From positions 202,740,001-202,804,000 of the forward strand of contig NC_042998.1 of the NCBI RefSeq assembly GCF_006345805.1: 64,000 nt of DNA. The letters are read 5' to 3'. Position 1 is the stretch's first letter. Each line of letters starts with the position of its first letter. The position numbers and the translations under genes are program-made. Below, piece after piece: positions 13,460 to 24,926 of the stretch. Source of the DNA: Octopus sinensis (Eukaryota). The notes beneath the pieces were generated by a model that saw only the letters and a program-made list of their open reading frames with translations, searched no databases and was not told the origin of the DNA.

Positions 13460-14189
13460 TCTACTATAGGCACAAGGCCTGAAATTGTGAGGAGGGGGGA
13501 CTATTCGATTACATCAGCCACAGTGTTTCACTACTACTTAATTTATCGACCCCGAAAAGATGAAAGTTAAAGTTGACCTTGGAGGAATTTGAACTCAGAA
13601 CGTGGTGACGGCCGAAATACTGCTAAGCATTTCGTCCACCGTGCAAACGAGTCTTTTGTTTTCTTCTCTAGGCACAAGGCCCGAAATTTTAGGGGAGGGG
13701 GCCAGTTGATTAGATCGACCTCAGTAGGCAACTAATACTTTATTTATCGACCCCGAAAGAATGAAAGGCAAAGTCGACCTCGTCAGAATTTGAACCCAGA
13801 ACGTAATTACAGAAGAAATAGCTATTTTTTTTACTGCCCACAAGGGGCTAAACACACAGAGGACAAACAAAGACAGACAAACGGATTAAGTCGATTATAT
13901 CGACCCCGGTGCGTAACTAGTACATATTTAATCGACCCCAAAAATGAACGGCAAAGTCGACCTCGTCGGAATTTGAACCCAGAACGTAATTACAGAAGAA
14001 ATACCTATTTTGTTGCTGCCCACAAGGGGCTAAACATAGAGAGGACAAACAAGGACAGACATAGGTATTAAGTCGATTATATCGACCCCAGTGCGTAAAT
14101 AGTACATATTTAATCGACCCCGAAAGGATGAAAGGCAAAGTCGACCTCGGCGGCATTTGAACTCAGAACGTAGCGCGAGACGAAATACC
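13460..14189 (-). mobile_element. SINE-A tandem array (about 4 units, mixed tails)
   Basis: Repeated units of about 185 bp joined at GAAATA-G(G/C)TATTTC. Confidence 0.9.
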
Positions 14190-14472
14190 GATTTCTTTAT
14201 TACCCACCTAACATAGAAGGTACGTGCACAATATCGGGGAACTAAAATTATAAAAAGGAGGCATAAAGAAAGAAGCGAAATTAAAAGAAACGAATGAATC
14301 ATGAAAAAGATGATATAATGAGGTGGAATGCACACTCGATCCCCGAAGTCGAGTGGTTACATTGAAACCGTTTTACCGTTCAATCATACTTATCTAAAAT
14401 TCAGCAGTTCAATACCGTAGTCATTTTTTAGTTCGATATTACATGTCTGTTTTGGCGATTGCTCTCTTTCCC

Positions 14473-14703
14473 GGTGGCGAGCTGGCAGAAACGTTAGCAT
14501 GCCAGGCGAAATGCGTAGCCGTATTTCGTCTGCCGTTACGTTCTGAGTTCAAATCCCGCCGAGGTCGACTTTGCCTTTCATCCTTTCGGGGTCGATAAAT
14601 TAAGTACCAGTTACACACTGGGGTCGATGTAATCGACTCAATCCGTTAGTCTGTCCTTGTTCGTCCCCTCTATGTTGAGCCCCTTGTGGCTAATAAAGAA
14701 ACA
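14473..14703 (+). mobile_element. Full SINE-A inserted into gag-only element 1
   Basis: 16-bp TSD gattgctctc(t/c)ttccc at 14457-14472 and 14704-14719. Confidence 0.92.
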
Positions 14704-15054
14704 GATTGCTCTCCTTCCCGTATCACCTTCCACAACTCAATGCCGTTATCATACTTTTTTGCTATCTCCATTTGTGCCTTATTTAATAATTGACATATAA
14801 TAGGATCACCATCTACATCGAAGAATTCCACATCGACCACATCCTTCCACTCACTCATCAGGCTTACAACATCATCCTCCGCGTCCGCATACAAAACGCA
14901 AGCAAAACAAACAGGGGGAGAGGGAGCCATATCTACATCATGTGTGTTTGCATTTCTTCTCTGTTTTGTTGTTCGAGGGGAATGGGTAGATTTGGTGTTT
15001 GCATGGGGAGGGTGTGGTGAAAAGGGAGAGGGAGGGTACTGGGTGGGTTGGGGT

Positions 15055-15890
15055 TCAACAAGTTTCTTTTATTTCTTTTCTTTTCCCGGCTATTTCCCAT
15101 TCCCTATCTTCTAGTACTGGAGTTTCTCTTTCTCTTTCTACTTCTTGTATCCTCTCCTGTGGTGGTGGCTGTCGGTCTTCTACCATTTTGGGTGGTGGAG
15201 AGCAGTTCACTCTTATGTGGACGCCTTTCTGGCCACATTTAAAGCAGCGAGAAATCCTGCCCTCCACCCACACTTTCAGGATCAAATCCCCAATCCACAG
15301 ATTCTCGGGAAGCACTTCGAGGACCTCCACCTCAGCTTGGACGGTAATTTCGATGATTTGTCCCTTCCATGTTGCTCCTTCCATCACTTCCGCTTGAATT
15401 ACCTTCACCTCTTTTTCTCGTTCAATAATAAGAACCGCTACCAATCAAGCCGCATCGATTTCAGGGGAATCCCTTCCACTTTGATTTTGGCAATCCTCTT
15501 GCCCATGTAAGACGACAAGAGGACTACCTTTTCCGTTTTTAACACTTTGGCAGCGTGGGCTATCATTTTTTCCTCTGTTTTATAATGAACAATAATCGTC
15601 CCGAACTTGCTACCCCTGGCCAGGTAGGTAATTTCTGGACAGACTCTCATCAGCACCTTGTCTATCTCCTCCATGTGGTCGACTCTCTTTTTCTCAACTG
15701 AGTAAACTTTGTACGTTACCATCTTCTTTTGGATTTCATCCATCCTTGTCTGCCGTGGGGACAACCTCATGTCGTTCCCCACCTTTACAGCCATTCTACT
15801 GTCTCTTTCCATATTTGCCAGGCTTATTTTCTTCCTTCTCATCGCGGTTGCCTCTGCAAAACTTTTCTTTTCCAGACATGCGTCCAACAT
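15055..15890 (-). pseudogene. L1/Tx1-type ORF1 (gag-like; RRM-like region plus CCHC knuckle), frameshifted near 15440
   Basis: ORFs 15438-15890 and 15055-15444 join as ..KIKVEGIP(P)EIDAA*LVAVL..; motifs SFAEAT and VEGRISRCFKCGQKGVHIRVNC. Confidence 0.75.
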
Positions 15891-16024
15891 CTTTACTGCC
15901 TTAGGTTTCGCTTAGGTCCGAATATACACGACTTCCACCTGCCATCTCTCAGTACAACCGAGAGACAGCACAACAACTCAAAAACCGCTGCAAACGCAGC
16001 ACAAACTTCTCGTACAACTCACAA

Positions 16025-16958
16025 AGACGAAATACCTATTTCTTTACTATCCACAAGGGGCTAAACACAGAGAGAACAAACGAGGACAGACACATGTATT
16101 AAGTCGATTATATCGACCCCAGTGCGTAACTGGTACTTATTTAATCAACCCACAAAGGATGAAAGGCAAAGTCGACCTCGGCGGAATTTGAACTCAGAAC
16201 GTAGCACCAGACGAAATACCTATTTCTATTTCTTTACTACCCACAAGGGACTAAACACAGAGAGGACAAACAAGGGCAGATACACGGATTAAGTCGATTA
16301 TATCGACTCCAGTGTGTAACTGGTACTTATTTAATCGACCCCGAAAGGATGAAAGGCAAAGTTGACCTCGGCGGGATTTGAACTCAGAACGTAGCGCCAG
16401 ACGAAATGCCTATTTCTTTATTACCCACAAGGGGCTAAACACAGAGGGGACAAGCAAGGACAGACAAACGGATTAAGTCGATTATATCGAACCCAGTGCG
16501 TAACTGGTACTTAATTTATCGATCCCGAAAGGATGAAAGGCAAAGTCGACCTCGGATGAATTTGAACTCGGAACGTAGCGGCAGACGAATTACCCATTTC
16601 TTTATTACCCACAAGGGGCCGAACATAGAGGGGACAAACATGGACAGACATAGGTATTAAGTCGATTATATCGACCCCAGTGCTTAACTGGTACTTAATT
16701 TATCGACCCCGAAAGGATGAAAGGCAAAGTCGACCTCGGCGGAATTTGAACTCACAACGTAACGGCAGACGAAATACCGCTAAGCATTTCGCCCGACGTG
16801 CTAACGATTCTGCTAGCTCGCCGCCTTTTCTGCTAGCTCGCCGCAGACGAATTACCGCTAAGCATTTCGCCCGACGTGCTAACGATTCTGCTAGCTCGCC
16901 GCCTTTTCTGCTAGCTCGCCTCAGACGAATTACCGCTAAGCATTTCGCTCGGCGTGCT
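16025..16958 (-). mobile_element. SINE-A array (4 units plus repeated heads)
   Basis: Junctions near 16220, 16410 and 16595; 78-bp head duplications at about 16770-16940. Confidence 0.92.
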
Positions 16959-18886
16959 GATTTCTTTATTTGTTATTTGTTTATTGCCCACAAGGGGCTA
17001 AACATAGAGGCGACAGACAAAACAGCACAGTGGGGGTATAAAACATAGAACGAATAAATGATAAATGGATTATAATAATGAAAATGAAATGTCTAACCTG
17101 CTCCCCACTCGCAAGCAGTGTTATTTAAATGTTTTTGGTTAACGTTTGAAATTCAGTTCTTTTTTTCCCTCTTTCTTGCATCTTTTTTTGTGTTTTTTCT
17201 TTGAACGTCACTAACAATTTTTAAAATTTTACTTACATTGGTTCTTCCTTTTTATCATGCTAGGAACGTCATCAAATCTTGGAAGTCCACCACTAGTGGT
17301 AATACGACAAATTGAACTCATAATGCCGTTATCTATATCTTGTTCCCAAATTGTTCACTTAGTTTCTCACCTCTCGCTCTATCAAGTAAGATTGCTTTGG
17401 CGTTTACTGAGAATTCATTCGGTGCTAGTCTCACCCTAATTGCTGTTTTTATTTTTGTAATTTTCTCTTCTATTTCCACACTTTTAGTATATGTTATCAT
17501 GTTCCATATATGTTTTGGCTCTTTTTCTGTAGTCCTTCTTGCTTTCCCATGTTGGTTTCTTTATATGTTGTTGGTATTGGTACTTTTTTTATCTGTTGGT
17601 TTTTGCAATCCCACTTGCTTTTCCACTTCGACCTCTTTCGTTGCTGCTGGCATCTCCCGACGTGTTTCCCTCTCACTTGCTTGTTTGTGCAGTCCCACCT
17701 GCTCCTTCGTCCTAACCTCCCTCGACGCTGCTGGCATCTCCTGTCTTACTTCTTTCCTCTTCTGCAGTTTCACCTGCTCTTCCTCGCTGGTTCCCTCGAT
17801 GTCGCTGGACTTCCTTCTGTACTCTCTTTCCTTTTCTTTAGCGGACTCTTGGGAGGTGAGTCCACATTTCCTTCCCACTTCTTTCTCTTTACCACCATAA
17901 ATTGTTCCTCGACATTTTCTGAACTCTTTTCACCTTTTGGGTTTTGCACTTTGGCGATATGCACCTTCTCCTCGCCCTGCTTTTTCTGTTCCATTACATC
18001 CTCGTTGCCACCATGTATCCCCGTACTCCACATTAGTAGCAGGTTGTAAGTCTTCCTTCCACCACCACTCTCAAAATCACATCTTCCGGCAGTTTCACCT
18101 CCTCTATGTTTTGAAGGTCTGGCAAACTGACCTGGATCGAAACCTCAAGTTCGTATCTCCACCAGTCCGCCTATCACGTTTTCATCACTTTTAATACATT
18201 TACTTCCTCTTCCATGTTGAAAAGGATGGCTTCCACCAGCTACTCTTCTTCGATCTCAGGAGGCACTCTGCCGATACTTACTCTGACTACACGTTTGCCA
18301 CAGTAGGTCGGCAGAATTGGCCACTCTGTTGTTCTCAGCGCCACAGGGGAGTGGTTCATTGCTTCTTGATTATTGGCGAATCTCAACTCCACTGTGCCGC
18401 ATTTCTTCCCTCTTGTATAAAAAGTTGTGAACTCTTCACTTCTTTTAGGCATTCTTCTATCACCTACTCTGCGACTATTACAATTTTCTTTGTCTTCAGG
18501 AACAGGGTTCTGTATACCACTGTTCGTTCCATTATATTTGCTGTAAATATAATGGTGGTGTTAACTTCAGGCTGGTACAATCCTTTTTCCAAAAGTTTGT
18601 TGAATTCTTTCAACCTCTTCTGGTCGATTCTAATTTCTCACACTTGCAACACATCTACAGTTAAACTCCTACCAGTGGCTGGCGCATAGCTGCCGGCTGG
18701 AACTAGTTCACTCTCCATTCTTTCTCCTACATCACCCATAAATGGGGAGGAAAACAAATATAATATACTGACAAGAAAGCAGTAACAAATAATTCAAAAA
18801 TTCAACAATAGGTTCACTCTTACGGAAGACCTTCAACAATCAGACAAATCCAATTGAATATCTTGGTCACAAAAACAACATGACTC
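16959..18886 (-). mobile_element. gag/ORF1-only non-LTR-like element 2
   Basis: Exact 16-bp TSD tttcgctcggcgtgct at 16943-16958 and 18887-18902 splitting a SINE-A head; 3' end CCTCTATGTTTAGCCCCTTGTGGGCAATAAA matches the SINE-A tail; no pol seen. Confidence 0.87.
17260..18739 (-). pseudogene. Decayed ORF1 homologous to that of element 1
   Basis: MGDV..SYAPAT.., RGKKCGTVELRF..YCGKRVVRVSIGRVPPEIEEE*LVEAIL and VILRVVVEGRLTTCY*CGVRG align by eye with element 1; K/E-rich C-terminal region; several stops and frameshifts. Confidence 0.72.
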
Positions 18887-19313
18887 TTTCGCTCGGCGTG
18901 CTAATGATTCTGTTCGCTCGCCGCCTTATATATAGCAATAATAATTATTTTTACTCTAGGCACAAGGCCTTGAAAATTTTAGTGGGAAGAGTGTTAGTCG
19001 ATTATGTCACCCCCAGTGCGTAACTGGTACTTATTTCATCGACCTCGGTGGAATTTTAACTTAGAACGCAAATGAAATACCTATTTCTTTACTGCCCACA
19101 AGGGGCTACACATAGAGGAGACAAATAAGTACAGACAGACGGATTAAATCGATTATATCGACCCCAGTGCGTAACTGGTACATAATTTATCGACCCCGAA
19201 AGGATGAAAGAAAAGTCGACCTCGGCGGAATTTGAACTCAGAACCTAACGACAGACGAAATACCGCTAGTCATTTCGCCCGGCGTGCTAACGTTTCTGCC
19301 AGCTCGCCTGCCT
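18887..19313 (-). mobile_element. SINE-A head remnant plus SINE-A dimer
   Basis: Family match; junction at GGTATTTC near 19085. Confidence 0.85.
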
Positions 19314-19336
19314 TATATAAATAGTATTAATAATAA

Positions 19337-19648
19337 GGAGAACGGAGATTTTTCACATTCATAATTTCATTTAACAGTTATTTATAACATCTTTCCGGGA
19401 CCTACACGTGTTTCAACTGCAGCGACTACACACTGTTGGATATGGAACCTAGCAAAATACTTTATTCACTCAGTTTGTTGATTCGAAATGGCCGAGGGTG
19501 TGGGCCCTGATGAAACTGTACCGACCATGGTGCTAAGTTGCATATTCAACAGCGTGCAGTTGTTGAAGTTGAAACACGTGTAGGTTCCAAAAAGATGTTA
19601 TAAATAACTCTTAAATAAAATTATGTATGTTAAAATCTCCGTTTCCCG
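19337..19648. mobile_element. Fold-back element with about 120-bp inverted arms (Penelope pLTR-like)
   Basis: Arms at about 19337-19455 and 19530-19648 are roughly 80 percent identical by eye and contain hammerhead motif parts. Confidence 0.75.
19502..19588 (+). ncRNA. Type I hammerhead ribozyme motif
   Basis: GGGCC-CTGATGA-AACT..AGTT-GAAA-CACGTG-TA|GGTTC: intact core, palindromic stem III, GUA triplet. Confidence 0.65.
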
Positions 19649-19851
19649 AAACATTATTGATAGTGTTACAAAAGAACATACGCAGTCCCGAAAAGGTCAT
19701 TCGGTTTTACTCAGCGAGAAAAGTTACCAGAGGCTAACAACTTGGGTACCACATAAGAACCGTTGTGATTAGCCGGCATATGAAACCGACTTGAGAGGAA
19801 GCATGGCAATCGCCAGGATGATATATCCCTTTAAAATCATTTTGGTAATTA

Positions 19852-19893
<42 letters not shown>

Positions 19894-20004
19894 TAATTTT
19901 ATCTATCAAATTCACTTACAATGCATTAATCTACTTGAAGCTACAGCAGATGACATTTCTTAGGGTGCCGCACAATGAGACTGAAGCCGAAGTCATCATC
20001 AGTG

Positions 20005-20041
<37 letters not shown>

Positions 20042-20069
20042 TATTATCACTATTATTATTGTTATTACT

Positions 20070-21495
20070 ATGAAAGCGGTGAACTGGCAGAATCGTTAGC
20101 ACGCCTGGGAGTATGCTTAGCGACATTTCATCCATGAAACACAGCCGAGGTCGACTTTGCCTTTCGTCGTTTGGGAGTCAATAAAGTAAATAGCAGTGAA
20201 ACACTGGGATCGATGTAATCGACTTATCCCCTCACCCGAAACTGCTGGCTTTGTGCCAAAATTTGAAATTTTTATTATTGTGGGGGAGGCAGCAAGCTGG
20301 TTTAACTGTTAGCACGCCGGACAAAATGCTTGCGGTATTTCGTCTGTCTTTACGTTCTGAGTTCAAATTCCACCAAGGTCGACTTTGCCTTTCATCCTTT
20401 CGGGGTCGATAAATTAATTACCAGTTGCGTACTGCGGTCGATCCAATCGACTGGCCCTTCCCCCAAAATTTCGGGCCTTGTGCCTAGAGTGGAAAAGAAT
20501 CATTAGCACGCTGGCAGAAATGCTTAGCGGTATTTATATAAAGGCGGCGAGCTGGCAGAAACGTTAGTACGCCGGGCGAAATGCTTAGCGGCATTTCGTC
20601 TGCGTTACGTTGTGAGTTCAAATTCCGCCGAGGTCGACTTTGCCTTTCATCCTTTCGGGGTCGATAAATTAAGTACCAGTTACGCACTGGGGTCGATGTA
20701 ATCGACTTAATACCTATGTCTGTCCTTGTTTGTCCCCTCTGTGTTTAGCCCCTTGTGGGTAATAAAGAAATAGGTATTTCGTCTGCTGCCAAGGTCAACT
20801 TTGCCTTTCATCCTTTTGGGGTCAATTAAGTAAATACCAGTTACGCACTGGGGGTCGATGTAATCGACTTAATCCCTTCGTCTGTCCTTGTTTGTCCCCT
20901 CTGTGTGTAGCCCATTGCAGGCAGTAAAGAAATAGGTATTTCGTCTGTTGCTACGTTTTGAGTACAAATTTCGCCGCGGCCGGCTTTTCCTTTCATCCTT
21001 TTGGGGTCAATAAATTAAGTACCAGTTACGCACTGGGGTCGATGTAATCGACTTACCCGCTCCCCACAAATTTCAAGCGTTGTGCCTTTAGGATTCTATT
21101 TTTTATTTTACATGGCGTCGTACCGAGTAAAATGCTTAGCAACTGTTCGTCCGTCTGCATGTTCTGAGTTCAAATTTCGCCGAAGTCGACTTTGCCTTCC
21201 ATCCTTTCAGAGTCGGTAAGGTAAGTACCAGTTGGGGTCGATGTATTCGGCTATTCCCCTCTCCCTAAAAATTTCAGGCTTTGTGTCTATAGTAGAAAAG
21301 AGGGGACAAACAAGGACAGACATAGGTATTAAGTCGATTACATCGACCCAGTGCGTAACTGGTACTTAATTAATCGACCCCGAAAGGATGAAAGGAAAAG
21401 TCGACCTCGGCGGAATTTGAACTCAGAACGTAACGGCAGAGGAAATACGGCTACGCAATTCGTCCGACGTGCTAACGTTTCTGCCAGCTCGCCGC
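20070..21495. mobile_element. Nested SINE-A cluster (mostly + strand; last copy minus)
   Basis: At least 6 units; joins at TTAGCACG (about 20502) and GGTATTTC (about 20774 and 20934). Confidence 0.9.
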
Positions 21496-22034
21496 GATAA
21501 TATTAGTACCACTTGAACACTGGTGTCGATGTAGTCGACATACCCCTTCATCTCCCCTCTGAAGCCTTGTACCAAAATTTGAAACTATTATTATGATTAT
21601 TAATGTCATTAATTGGAAGAAGTTACAAAGTCACACAAGGGCCCATGAGTTTCATAAGCACATTTTCGCTCTTTGTGTCATTTGGTTACTTCTGAAGAAT
21701 AGAAACTATATATTTTATAACTTCGTGTTCTATATAACTTTGTTATATCAATGCAGTTCTCTCTCTCGTCTCTCTCTCTCTTTCTTTCTCTCTCTTCTCT
21801 CTTTCTTTCTTTCTCTCTCTCTCGTTCTCTCTCACTCCTTTTTTCGTTTTACTTTTGTTTCTCTATCTATCAATTTTTTAACCCTGTCTCTCTGTATGTG
21901 TGCGTGTGTCTGTAAAGGAACATATAGGGATATATAATATATATATATATATTTGCATAGGCACACATATACGCACTCACAGACACGTATAAGTATATAT
22001 GTTTGATGTGTGTGGGGTGTATATATGTATATAT

Positions 22035-22108
<74 letters not shown>

Positions 22109-22739
22109 CATATGCTTATATATGTACGTGTATATATATGTACATTTATACGTATATGTATTATGCGTATATGCGTATATGAATAATGACCGAACTAGAC
22201 ACCTGGTTGTCGTGAAAGAGAACTATTATTAAAAGTATCCAGAATACATATATATATGCAGATGTCAGTTGCCGGCGATTACAGCGAGATAGTACTGACT
22301 GATCATATATACACCCTAATTATACATGGACCCAGACGCACCTCTTGTTAATGAGTAGTAGACACGATTCGTATTGCTTTACACGATACATGCTGAATTA
22401 TATCCGCATATATATGAAGGTTTATATATATACAACCTTGGGTGCCTGTATTTATGAACTTCCATAAAGCATTATGTAAGCAGCATATATGCGTGTGTAA
22501 GTGTATGTGTCTATGTATGTATGTACGCAGATATGCATACACGTATACATGTACATATATATGTATACACACACAGACTTATTTACATATATGTATTCAT
22601 GTTTGTACGTCTATGTATGTATATATAAACGTGCGTGTGTTGAAAAAGAAAGAGGGAGATAGTATCATATAATATCGGATTATATTAGCTTATCAGTTGT
22701 TGTTGATTTCTTTTTTTTTTGGCTTTTTTCTTAAAAACA

Positions 22740-23510
22740 GGTTGCTCTCTGGTTAATGGTATTAATGGACGGTATTTTGCTATAAATCCATTGATAAAGA
22801 TTGTCTTATCTGCTTGTTTGCATTTGAATCCAAATTAGCAAAGTTTATATCATTTTCTGTGCTAAATTTAGTTTCTGTCCGTGAACATCGCTGATGAATT
22901 CCTAATGATGACTGATGACTGAAAACAACCCGCAAGAAATAAACGAGTCTTAACAAGTAATATTTCTATGATAATTATTTATCCAACAGAGTTCGAATTG
23001 TGCGGTAAGAGCCTACCTCGCTACAGCTGAATATTAACACCTGATCGTCGTGCATTGAATTCGGAGAATATGTGACCAGATTGAAGATTTTAACAGTTTC
23101 TGTTAACAGGTTCTATTCCACGACGAAGATTTCAGTATGGTGTAATACATTAGGTTAAGTCATTCGGAGAGACGGGGAGATGTGCATAAATTACCTCTGC
23201 GGGTATAACCATGTATACCCTGAAGGTCTGGTATCTCTGAGAATAGCCTCTTAAGTAAGAAGGCCCCAACCAAGTCATTCACCTGAGCTGAATTGCTCGA
23301 GCCCATAGCCACATCGAAGCTATCAGGGGTATCTGACCTAATCCAAAGCTTACCCTCAAATTCAATTACTGTCTTCCAAGCTAAGAGTATTATATCAATT
23401 TTTCTCTATCTATAAGTGAAAGGTTACGAGCATATATTAGGGCCTTATTCAATAAAATTGGGGAAATACTCACGTAGTAATTTGATATGTCGTATTGTAT
23501 AACCATGTAT
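22740..23510 (-). mobile_element. Penelope-like element RT remnant
   Basis: Manual translation IQYDISNYYVSISPILLNKAL..(frameshift)..LWIRSDTPDSFDVAMGSSNSAQVNDLVGAFLL resembles the PLE RT motifs FDI..YPSI and FDVTMGS.DGAE..ELVG. Confidence 0.7.
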
Positions 23511-23569
23511 ATATATGGCATTCTTTCCCATACTTCCTTACTTTGACTGAGCTGTAAGTCCACTAATGA

Positions 23570-23931
23570 AGTCTAACGAAAGACGCTTCATATCCGAATT
23601 TGCCATCAATATGTAGGACAAGATACTGCGATAGCCTGAGTTTCAGAGGTCCACAGCTCTTCAATATCCTCCCGAAGGACCTGAGAGACCTGCATGGGGT
23701 GGATGCAGATGTCTTCAAAATAAAGTTGGATCTCTTCCTGTCAGGTGTCCCAGATGAACCAACTTCACGGCAGGAGGTGCAGATGAGGGCAGCTGCATCA
23801 AACTCTCTCATGCATCAAATGTCAATTGCTAAAAAGCATTCGTGAAGTAAAATCATGTAGCAACGCCGAATGGCGGTGCCCCAGCATGGCCACAGCTCGT
23901 GAGCTGAAACTAGATGAAGATAAAGATGAAG
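23570..23931 (+). mobile_element. 5'-truncated CR1/L2-group LINE 3' end
   Basis: ORF2 C-terminus GPQLFNILPKDLR..FKIKLDLFLSGVPDEP..SNSL*, short 3' UTR with stem-loop, GATGAA-type repeat tail. Confidence 0.8.
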
Positions 23932-24059
23932 CTTTCACAGTCGGTCTTTCATCTTCTTTACAAAACCATAATGGTTAATAAGAATAATTGTGGCCTGGGT
24001 GATTCTATCCAACATCGACGTGGATGCATTCAGCATCGGTATCCTCTATGAAAGAACAT

Positions 24060-24189
24060 TAATTTGGAGATCATGGACAGCTGCTAAAGTAGTTGAAAGT
24101 AGGGCTATCGGGTGAAACTGCTTGCAAGCAGTTTCACCCGATAGCCCTACTTTCAACTACTTTAGCAGCTGTCCATGATCTCCAAATTA
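24060..24189. repeat. Perfect 130-bp palindrome (65-bp arms, no spacer)
   Basis: Checked base by base; centre cttg|caag at 24124/24125. Confidence 0.97.
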
Positions 24190-24926
24190 TCCTTGTCTTT
24201 ACCTGCAATTTCTGAGCATAGCTTGTATATGTATATATATATATGTATATGTATATATATGCATGTATATATATATATATATGTATGTATATATAAATAT
24301 GTATATATATGTGTATATATATGTGTTTGTATGTATGTATATGTACGTATATATATATGTATATATATGTATGTATATGTATATGTATGTATATATATAT
24401 GCATATAATATATGCTTTATATATTTTTACATATTTTTCTGTATTTTACCCTTCACCTGCAATTTTCTTGTGCATGAACATATTTGTGCGCGTATGGGTA
24501 TATACAAGTGTGTATGCGTGCGTGTGCGTGGGTATGTATATATGTACATGTATATGCATATATGTATGGTTGCATATATATGTTGGTGTACATGGTGTAC
24601 TTGAATGGCACATCACACTATATGAGACACGTTCATGAAATCATGCATACTGCACATACATCCGTACATGCCATATTTGAACAATATACTAAGGGCAAAC
24701 ACTTCCAGTGCAGAAGTACTCACAGCGTCAGCTAACACTTCCATGAAAACACAGGCCCTCACCTACGCACTATAACACCATCACATTCCTCTCATCAAAA
24801 CACCGCTAAATAAAGCACATTCGCTTGCATGCACACTCACATACACATACAGTCCAATAAGCATGTACTCCAATAAAAAGTATTGAATGAACCTTCAGTT
24901 TAACGTTGAATTGATTTTATATATAA

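Larger units (their letters stand above)
14190..16024 (-). mobile_element. gag/ORF1-only non-LTR-like element 1
   Basis: 12-bp TSD agacgaaatacc at 14178-14189 and 16025-16036; T-rich 5' leader; ORF1 with zinc knuckle; 3' tail CTATGTTAGGTGGGTAATAAAGAAATC; no EN or RT seen. Confidence 0.85.

Noticed and set aside
16025-16958. Regularly spaced repeats suggesting a CRISPR array
   Set aside because: Units are whole SINE bodies of about 185 bp without unique spacers, in a eukaryotic context with no cas genes.
22889-22950. CTGATGA motifs as hammerhead cores (also near 10087 minus, 32786, 39485, 43514)
   Set aside because: No correctly placed GAAA, stem I or cleavage triplet.
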